From Octopus vulgaris (Eukaryota), in contig OX597835.1 in the NCBI GenBank assembly GCA_951406725.2, positions 15,686,001 through 15,750,000 of the forward strand: a stretch of DNA of 64,000 bases. Reading direction: 5' to 3'. Both the position numbers and the translations under genes were made by a program. A model generated the notes under the pieces. It was not told the DNA's origin, searched no databases, and saw nothing but the letters and a program-made list of their open reading frames with translations. The stretch's first letter is position 1. Every line of letters begins with the position of its first letter. Of this stretch, positions 28,301 through 39,500 are shown in pieces.

Positions 28301-31300
28301 ATGGGTTCACTCAAGATATTTTAAAATCAAAGCACAAATATTGCAATGCCCCCCCGATTTTTTTTTTTTTTTCTTTTTAAGTAATGAATAAAATCACTAC
28401 AGATTTTCAATCGAAATTATAGCCAGCACTGATTTTGTATATCTGAGATGCTTGATGTAAACAAGATGGAAGATGAAAAATGGGTAACGGGCATATATGC
28501 CATCATCATCATCATCGTCGTTTAATGTCCGTTCTCCATGCTAGCATGGGTTGGACGGTTCAACTGGGGATCTGGGAAGCCAGAAGGCTGTAGCAGGCTC
28601 CAGTCTGATCTGGCAGTGTTTCTACAACTGGATGCCCTTCCTAACGCCAACCACTCCGAGAGTGTAGTGGGTGCTTTTTACGTTCCAGGTGAGGCTGGCA
28701 ATGGCCATATTTTGGGAATTTTGTGCCTTCATCAGCACCCATCCAACTCATTAATCAGCCATAAATTCATTACTTAAATAGCCACTAGATGTAGTGGTGT
28801 AATGTTATTGGATATACCAGTTTTACATATTAAACTCCTGAAATATCGCATATATGTCCATCAACCATTTTTCATCTTTGGTCTTGTTGTTTACATCAGG
28901 CATCTTGGATATGTAACATCGTCACAAAAACCACAAGAAAAAGGTTTTTGTCCTAGAGGAATGTAAAAGCACAGAGATAGTGAACCATTTGTTGAAAAGG
29001 AAGGTCAACAAACTTCAGTTGCAGTCCAACTGCAAAGGATGTCACCATTTAAGTGTGTGCAGCAAACTATGACATTACTGTCAACACCCATAACTCTATG
29101 TAGTTTCACAAAACAAGCTTCCTTCAGTTTCCGTCTGCCACATTCCTTCACAAAGCATTGCTTGGTACTTGGCTATAGTAGAAGGCACTTGCTGAAGGTG
29201 CTGCACAGCAAGACGGAACCTGAAGCCACATGATTGAGAAGCAAACTCTTAACCCCCACAGCTATCCCTCTATTAATCTTAAACCACATTTATAAATGCT
29301 GAAACCTGAAGCATACATTTTTTTCTCTCTCTCTTTTGTATTCTAATATCAAAGTTTATTTCTTTACAGGAAATAGAGCATTTAGAATACCTTGAGGAAA
29401 CTAGTCTGAGTTCAGATCTCTCACAAGGATTTGCACTGAAATCATTAACTGGTAATATTTTACTTTCATTTTCCTTCACTGATTTCTAATCTCCTCTTAA
29501 GTAGATTATTGCTTTCAAAAATTTACATTATATATATTTTTCTGCCATAAAACCAATCCAATCATTTTGAATCGTCTCTTCCAGAATTGCTTTCATTATT
29601 TGTGGAACAAGAAAACATCAAACATCAATATAAGAACAAGTTGGTGGGTTATGTGCTCAATGGTTACTTATGTCTTCGTAAGTTAGTTGTACAAAGAACA
29701 AAACTGATTGATGAGACTCAAGATAAACTTCTTGAACTTCTTGAAGAGCTCACCACGGGTAAGTTACACTGCCATTTCTTCCATTAAATTTACCATTTTC
29801 CAGTAGACTCAGTAAACTATAAATGCACCAGAGAGGCTGGCTAACAGAGATGGTAGATTTCACGTGTGACAAATGCACAAGGGCAATAAGTACTGACACA
29901 CGTACGAAATAAGACTGTGTCAACCCTTTAAAACTAGTGTAACCATTTACACTAGCCAGAAACATCCCACTCCTCAATTGATATGTATTGTGTGGGATTG
30001 CATTGCTACACTTAAGATGATCTGCCCACCGCAACAGAACAGAATTGATATCCTAAAACCACCTTGGTAGTGCTTTCCCATGAAGGGCACTGGTGCCCAT
30101 AAAGGGCATACTGCAGTGGTGTTAGTGCCATTTAAAAAGCATTGGTGCTGGTGTCACATAAAAAGCATTGGTGCTGGTGTCACATAAAAAGCATTGGTGC
30201 TGGTGTCACATAAAAAGCATTGGTGCTGGTGTCACATAAAAAGCATTGGTGCTGGTGTCACATAAAAAGCACTGGTGCTGGTGGCACGTAAAAAGCAGCC
30301 AGTACTTTCTGTTAAGTGGTTGGCATTAGGAAGGGCATCCAATTGTAGAAACCAAGCCAAAACAGATTATGGAACCTGATGTGGCTCCTGTTAAGCTGCC
30401 CAACCATGCCAGCATGGAAAATGGACATTAAATGGTGATGATATATCACAGCACTTTTTAAATGCTCTTCTGCCTGAGATGTCCTCGTTTTGGCAAATGT
30501 TAGTGGGAGGTGCGCTTGTCATAGTTGTTTCTGCTTATTTCTAACATTTGTATCGAGCATAAACCCTAAAACTACCTGTGCAGGTGTTACAGTCAAAACA
30601 CAAAGTGCTGGATCAGCTGCTGCAATGTATTTGACCTGGCTCTTTGGGTCAGTAACGAGCAGTAAAACACTCTGTGAAATAATTAGCCATATTAGTAAAT
30701 TTAAACGTTTGATTTCAGTTCAGGTGAGAACACATTGAGAAATGTATTTTCAACATGTATAATTAATTAGTGATAACCTGTTTAATATCTTCCATGATTA
30801 ATTAGTAATAAGCTGAGTAATATTTTCACTATTGGTTGCATTCGATTAATGGTTATTCCTAATTTTTCTTTTTCTTTTCCTTTCTCCAGGTACAGAATCA
30901 GAAACGAAAGAATTCATGGCAGTATGTGTTCAAACAATCAAGAAATACCCTCTTGATGATTACCGATCCCCAGTGTTCATCTTTGAACGACTCTGCAGTA
31001 TCATTTATCCAGTAATATATCAGACATTTCTTTTTCTCCCTCGATTCTTCTTCATCATCATCATCATTTACATTATCATCTGTCGTCTGTTTATTATGCT
31101 GATAGGGGTTGGATAATCTGAGTGGATTTGGTGAGCCGCTGGGCTGGACTGAGCTTCGACATAGTCTCTGCAACTGGTTGTACTTCCTAATGCCAACCAC
31201 TTCACAATGTGTGCAGGATCATCATTATCATCATCATCATCGTTTAACATCCGTTCTCCGTGCTAGCATGGGTTGGACGGTTTGATCGGGATCTGGGAAG

Positions 31301-33545
31301 CCAGAAGGCTGCACCAGACTCCAATCTGATCTGGCAGTGTTTCTACAGCTGGATGCCCTTCCTAACGCTAACTACTCTGTGAGTGTAGTGGGTGCTTTTT
31401 ATGTGTCACCAGCACAGGAGCCAGGTGAGGCTGGCAATGGCCACGATCAGATTGGTGCTTTTTACATGCCACCAGCATGGAAGCCAGTCAAGGCGGGGCT
31501 GGCATCAGCCACGATTCGGATGGTGTTTTTTACGTCATTCGCATTATCATTTATCATCTGTTTATTATGCTGATAGGGGTTGGATAATCTGAGTGGATTT
31601 GGTGAGCTGCTGGGCTGAACTGAGCTTCAACATAGTTTCTACAGCTGGTTGTACTTCCTAATGCCATCCACTTCACAATGTGTGCAGGATACCTTTTTTT
31701 TTTTTATGTTATCAGCTCTTGTGACATCACTGAGTAACTTGCAAGACAGAAAAAGAGAGGGAAAAACCCCCCAAAAGCTGGAGATGTGATTAAGTGGGAG
31801 GAATATTAGAGAGGGGGGAGGTGACTTTGTCAGGTGTTGAAAAGCTGAAGTATGATAGAGGGATAAGCACAGGTGTGTGTTGCTATGGAGGAGATACATG
31901 GCTACACCACATTAAATAAGGGGTGGGTGGGAGTAGCTGGGAAGTAGATGTAGATAGTTGTAATGGGGTGTCAGAGCAAAATGTCAAGGTACAAGAAAGT
32001 GAGGATACAGAGGGTGGATTGGGGAGGAAGAGGGGGGTAGTTTCATAAAAGAGTGAGGTGAGTGAGAGAGAGGATGGAGGTGGATACAGTGAGTATGATG
32101 AACACGGTGGGGGTGGTGGGAGATATCAGTATGGACAGGTGGTAAGGTGAGAGAGATAGAAGTGGATTAGAAGGAAGGATAGATTGAGTGATATTAGATG
32201 ATCCCATTCTACTGAGGCCGACTTTGCCTTTCATCTTTTCAGGGTCAATAAAATAAGGACCAGTTGAGCATTGGGGTCAATGTAATCGATAAGCCCCCTT
32301 CACTGAAATTGCTGTCCTTGTACCAAAATTTGAAACCAATATATTTTCGTGTCCTTGTGGCAATTTAAGAAATTAATATTAGATTATCCAACCCCAAAAT
32401 TTCGATCAGTTTGAATTTCCCATTCCTGTGTATCATAACGATTTTGTATTGTGTGTGTTTTACAGAATTACCAGAATTTAGAAGTCTATTAGATTTTGAA
32501 AATGTGTTTGCTATTCTTGTAGGAAGAAAATGATGTGGGTGAGTTCTTCATGATCTTAGAGAAGGAACCCCAACAAGAGGACTTTCTCCAAGGAAGAATG
32601 CTGGGTAATCCCTACAGTTCCAATGAGCCAGGTCTTGGACCCCTCATGAGAGACGTTAAAAATAAAATTTGTCAAGGTATTTATTTTTTTCTTGTGTAAA
32701 ATGACTGGAAAATTCATAAAAAGTACACTTGTATTATTTTCAATTACAAAGTGAAATCATTCTATATTTTTAAAACTATGCACAATATCTATAATGTTAG
32801 TGGGTGTGTGTATATGTAGTATTTATTTTGACTTGTGTCACCATCACTCAGGTGAATGATTAGCCATAAGGTGGACATGATGCATTAATTAAGAATATTT
32901 GTTCCAGTTATTGAAAAAAAAAACTAATATCAGAATTTTCAGATCCATTCTATTACTAGAAAAATAAAATGTTAAAAACAAAACAAAAAAAAAATGAAAA
33001 TTATTTAGATATTTTGTAAGTAAAAACCTGTTTCTTTTTGTTTTAGATTGTGAATTGGTTGCACTCTTAGAAGATGACACAGGCATGGAGGTAAGCCAAA
33101 TATTTTTAATATGATATCTTATTTTCACACAAGTTCAAGCAATCTCTAGTTTATCATATCAAAGCTATAAATCTTTATAAAGCACTCCAAGTTTGTAATG
33201 TCAGCATTATTTTACATAATTATATCTTAAACATCAGCTGTTGTATAAAGGTAGAATTCTACCAAGTGTTTGTCATATTTAAATTTAATTACACCGATGT
33301 GTGAATACTGTTTGTGCCCACAAAGGGTATTCAACAGCACCATATTGTTATAACAAGCAAATTCCATTTGAGGTATCATTCTATGAAGAGCAGATGCAAT
33401 TCCTTCAGTTGTCTTATGCATCTCTCTCCACCTTGGCATTCCAATCACCCTGTAAAATTGAGATGGCTATTATACTTTACATCTCTAAAAATGCTTATAT
33501 AGTTATTTCCCTTACAAACCCGAGCAACGCCGGGCGATACTGCTA

Positions 33546-33584
<39 letters not shown>

Positions 33585-36500
33585 ATATATATATATATAT
33601 ATAAAATGTATGTATAATGCTTTTTGTTTTGAATTTTTTGTATTTATAGTTATTGGTGAACAAGAAAATTATCAGCTTAGATTTGCCAGTGAAAGAAGTT
33701 TACAAGAAGATTTGGGCTCCTGAGCATGGCGATGTAAGATATATTTTGTCTTAATTCTCTTTAAATGGTTGCTGAACGATTTACAATTCTGTATTTCATG
33801 TTTTCTGTTAATTAGTTTGTATTCATTAGCTGGGAAGTATGTAATTGGAAATTAAAATTTTTTCATCTGAATTAAAAATTTAACTCTTCTTGATTCAACT
33901 TGTGCCAATATTTGTCTGGTCCATTGTTAAATAGTTTTAACAAAATTGTTTTAACAAGTACTATTCATAGCCACTTTAACATGGCTGTCCATTTGAGTGG
34001 ACTCTACTGTGATAAGAGATGGTAGGGGTTTTCCTCTCCTGCTCACAATTTTATATTTTCAAACCCTTGGTGTCATATCTGCATGATATCTTTATTACAT
34101 TGTCCTCTATGTTTTGATGTGTTGGGCCTAAATATTTTTATCTCCCTCAGTGTAAGAATGGAGGGGGAAAAAAGTAGTGATGGTCAGTTGGTTTGCAAAA
34201 CAGTAACATTCTAAAATTATGACGATTGTATTTATTTTACTGTGTTGAGACCAAAATTTTGTCATTCATATTAATGTGATTTGCTGTGTTTTCTTTTATC
34301 TTAATTACTGAGCCAATTATTTTTTCTTTTCCGCCAGGGTGAACCAATGCCTATAGTATATCGTATGAGAGGCCTTCTTGGTGATGCTACCGAAGACATG
34401 GTAAACTCGTTAGACACAAGTACAGGTAAGGCATTTCCTTTCATCGTTTTAGCATTTATTTCTCTTAAATTCATCAATAAATTCATCAATAGGCGCAGGA
34501 GTGGCTGTGTGGTAAGTAGCTTGTTTACCAACCACATGGTTACAGGTTCAGTCGCACTGCGTGGCACCTTGAGCAAGTGTCTTCTACTATAGCCTCGAGC
34601 CGACCAAAGCCTTGTGAGCGGATTTGGTAGACGGAAACTGAAAGAAGCTCGTCATATATATATATATATATGTGTGTGTGCGTGTGTGTTTGTATATCTG
34701 TGTTTGTCCCCCTAGCATTGCTTGACAACCAACGCTGGTGTGTTCATGTCCCCGTCACTTAGCGGTTCAGCAAAAGAGACCGATAGAATAAGTACTGGGC
34801 TTACAAAAAAGAATAAGTCCCGGGGTCGAGTTGCTCGATTAAAGGCGGTGCTCCAGCATGGCCACAGTCAAATGACTGAAACAAGTAAAAGAATAAAGAG
34901 TAAATTAAAACATTCACCCATGGTTACATATTGCTACTTGATTCTATTTTATAGACGAAGATGTTGATAAGGAAGAAGTCTATAAAATGGCTTCTGTGCT
35001 TGGAGAATGTGGAGGTCTGGAAGTCATGCTTCAAAGGTTCGTTAAATGTTTCACCTAAAATCATAACTATTTTCAAAGATGTTCTTAACCCTTTTATTAT
35101 ATTTCTAGTGAAACACACTGCTTTTTTTTCTTCCTATTAATTTTTAAAATAATGAAGAATTTAGTAAAAGAACTTCATAGCTATTGGTTTCAAATTTTGG
35201 CATAAAGCCAGGAAGTTTGTGGAAGGAGTGGGGTAAGTTGATTACATCAAACCCAGTCCTTAACTGGTATTTATTTTATTGACCCCCAAAAGGATGAAAG
35301 GCAAAGATGACCTTGGCAGCATTTGAACTCAGAACGTAAACATTGGAGAAATACTGCTAAGCATTTTGTCAAGTGTGCTAATGATTCTGCCAGCTCACTG
35401 CTTTCATGATTATTAAGCTGATACAGTTCTAGGCGGCGAGCTGGCAGAATCGTTAGCACGCCGGGCGAAATGCGTCGCCATATTTCATCTGTTGTTATGT
35501 TGTGAGTTCAAATTCCGCCGAGGTGGACTTTGCCTTTCATCCTTTCGGGGTCGATAAATTAAGTACCAGTTACGCACTGGGGTCGATGTAATCGACTTAA
35601 TCCCTTTGTCTGTCCTTGTTTGTTCCCTCAGTGTTTAGCCCCTTGTGGGTAATAAAGAAATAGGTACAGTTCTATATTTAAGAGATGAGGAATTATGTAC
35701 ATTATTTACATCTGACGGATATTTGTCCTCGTTTGTTATTAACACAATGTTTCGGCTGATATACCCTCCAGCCTTCATCGGGTGTCTTGTCGAAAAATAC
35801 CTTAGGAATGAGAACCCAGGTTCAAAATTTCCCCAATACACCTGGTGAAGGCTGGAGGGTGTATCAGCCGAAATGTTTTAACAAACAAAATGACGACGTA
35901 AATAATGTATTAAGCTGATGTTTGGAATATAAATTAACTTGAAATTTTAATCAGAAGTTTTGAGATCACTTGAAAACTGGAAGTTTATATCAGAGAACCA
36001 AGGGTGTTTCAGGCATGTTGGCATCAAATGGGTTAACCTTTTTGTTACCATTTCTCTTTCAAATCCACTGATCTTCTTTCAGTTAATTCAGGTGAAGAAT
36101 TTAGTGAAATAACTTTGTAATTACTAAACTGTTGTTTGGAACATAAGTCAACAGGAAATTTGTGTAAAAGGTTTCTAATTTAGATCACTTTAAACCAGAA
36201 AGCCTACACCATAACATCAAGAGAAGTCTCGGGCAGTTTGGTATCAAAAGGGTTTTTTTTTTAATTAACTAAACATTAGACCAATTGCTTAATTTACGTA
36301 TTATGTTGTTAGCAGAACTTGTATAAAACTAGTTAAGATGTGTGATTTTTATCACTATGTTTAACCTGATAAAGTGTATTTTTAAGTCAGGCAGGATATT
36401 TTATTTAGAATAAGTTATTTAAACTCTTAATAACTTCAACTTCAGTTAGTTCACTGCTTCACCTTTTTTTTTACGGAACGCAAAATTTTAGACATAATAT

Positions 36501-39500
36501 AGCTTCCACCCCTTCAACTTATGTATTCTTTGTTTAATAGGGGTATCTGTTTGACTGTTCAATCCTTGTTAGGTTGTAGGAGCCAGATTAATCAGATGGG
36601 GATCATACTTAACCCTTTGAGCCCTGACCTCCTGAGCCTTGTTTTACCATATACCTGGCACTCCACCGGTGCTATGGTATAGAGCAGTGCTACGGTATAG
36701 AGAAAAATAAGCCATCCACTGGTGAATCGGTGTTACAGGCTCAAAGGGTTAATGAAGAACAGCTTAAATAAAACCATATTGATGAGAAAGAGCTTCTATA
36801 GCCAAAGCATTGTAGTTCTATTGCTTTTAAACTTTTACAATTTGTAATTTTGAATTTCATTAATGTGTTTTTTTTTGTTTTGTTTTTATTACAGGCTAGC
36901 AACTATCAAAGATTTGGTGCTAGGTAAACAGCTGATGATGGTACTGCTTAAATTATTCAGTTATGCAGTAAATGTGAAAGCAAACAGACTACAACTCATA
37001 AAACCTGAAATGAACACAACTAGTATAATGCTAGGTGGCCTCAACTTGGTAAGGAATTACTAATTACATTTTTTTTTTATTTTTCTACTTTATTGAATTG
37101 CTTTGTAAATGAGCTGATCACACAGATTTGCTACGAGTCAGGGGTTTTAGGGTTTAACCCTTCGGTGTTCACATTATTCTGTTAAATATAACACCTTTTT
37201 ATTCAGATTGTTTTGAATTAATCATGCATTATCTTATAGCTTTGAAGTTTTGATGATGTGATTGTTTATTTTTAGACTGTCAGTGTAGGTTAGGTGTGAG
37301 AGGCTGGATATGTCCAGTTTGAATGTAAAACATAGAATATTTGGGCCAGATGTGGCCAGTTTAAATGCTAAAGGATTAATATAAATTGAATAGGAAACAA
37401 GTTTTCTTGTAACCTTCTCATTCTCTAAGATTTTTATGGAAATGATAAACAACTTTGTGACAGAGAGGTGTCCCATTCAGTGGGAATGTTGTAATCTCAG
37501 TTCTTTATACACCGTGGAAACTGAGTAACTGGCCTTGTGAGTGCTAGGGCTCAAGAAGAACCTTTAGGCTAAATATACAACATTATAAGCTCCAGTTTTG
37601 AGACAGCAAGAAGCAACACAGTCTCTAATGGCTCTTAGACCAGTAATCTATCATCATCATCATCATAATCATCGTGAACATTTGACATCTGTTTTCCATG
37701 CTGGCATGGGTTGGATGGGTTGCACCATGTTCTATAGTCTGTTCTGATATGGTTTCTACTGCCGGATGCCCTTCCTAATGCCAACCACTTTACAGAGTGT
37801 ACTGGGTACTTTTTATGTGGCACCAGCACCCACACCAATGCTTTTTACATTGGTGTTGTTGTGTCCCCATAACTTAACAGTTTGACAAAAGAGACCAATA
37901 GAATAAGTACTAGGCTTAGAAAATAAGTGCTTGGGTTGATCCATTTGACTAAAAATTCAAAGCGGTGCCCCAGCTTGGCCACAGTCTAATGGCTGAAACA
38001 AACAAAAGAATAAAGAATCTGTGTACTTCTGTGAGGTGCTGATGATATTTATGGCGTACGTTTGTGTGTTGTAGGCATTATGGTCTGAACAAGAAAGTGG
38101 CATCAGTGGCAGCAAAGGTCAGAGTATCACAGAGCAGGTATTACAAATAATGGAAGTTATTTTGATGGAAGCTAGCTGCCAGCCAACTGATGAATATAAG
38201 GTAATTATCCCAAACTCTTTCACTATTCTAATATTTCCAGCCAGTGTAAGGCAGCAAGCTGGCAGAATCGTTAGCACGCTGGAGAAAATGCTTAGCAGCA
38301 TTTTGTCCATTTTTTACGTTCTGGGTCTGAATTCCACTGAGCTCAATTTTGCCTTTCATCCTTTCTGGGTTGATAAATTAAGTACCAGTTATTTACTAAG
38401 GTCAACGTAATTGACTTATCCCCTACCCTCGAAATCGCTGGCCTTGTTCCAAAATTTGAAATTAATATTTCAGGCCTGTGTAATTGACGCAAAAAACACA
38501 ATCATTTTTTTTTTCTAATAATTGAAGAATAATAGCTGGGTTTTATTTTTTTGTTTGTTTTAAAATATCTGAAAAGCTTGTAGGAATTCAATTTCTTAAT
38601 ACATTTGAGACAGGCCCAGCTGAGACAATCCCCCATCTTAAAGTTTTGTTCAAAATTATAATCTTGACTTTTAAATATAATTTAAGATTATAATTTATAA
38701 TTGTGTGCATGTATATTTGGCAGTTGATCATCCCATTGAACCATGGAAACTATGTCTAGCATTAGCTTTTCAAATTGCTGATACTGTCTGTCAGTTGCAA
38801 TTCCATGATAGAAAGTGTATCTGTGTTTTTGGTGAAAGGGAGAGATTTGATCAAAAAATGCATTGAATTGGAACAAATACAGCAAAGCACATCTTCCTTG
38901 ACCCCACCCCCCACCACCATTCCACTAATCCACTGGCTAAAACCAATACTTTTATTGGCTCTGAAAGCAAATTTAATCTCAGTGAGATTTGGACCCCATT
39001 ATGATTTAATGTAAGAACCTTTTTTTGTTAAGTTGTGCCCCCCAAAAACCCAGCTCAGCTAAAGTTAGTTTTTCTTAAATATTTTCAAAATTAATGCATT
39101 GAAACTCATAAAAATTTTGTGAATTTGAAACTAAACTATTTTATTTTCACTTTTGTCAGAAATTTTCTAAACTTTGTGGTGACAAAGACCAACTAATGTT
39201 ACTACTAGACCGAATTAACAGCCCATTTGTGAGAGCCAACTCTAGTGTACTCCAAGCTCTTATGAAACTTATTCCATTCTTGGCATTTGGAGATGAAGAT
39301 AAAATGTTAGCTCTGATTAATCACTTTAAACCTTATTTAGATTTTAACAAGTAAGTATTCAATTAACTACTCTCAATAATTATCACATTTGAAAGCTGTC
39401 TTTTTTTTTGTATTATTTAAGTGTATTTTTTTCTTGTATTTGTATTAATTATTAATAAGTGTACAAAGATTTTATTCATAAACTTAAATTTTTTCTTTCA

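Noticed and set aside
30133-30300. CRISPR-like look of the repeated GGCACGTAAAAAGCACC modules and the 26-bp array
   Set aside because: Eukaryotic intron, no cas genes; the units are tandem without unique spacers, or are internal modules of a dispersed LINE UTR.
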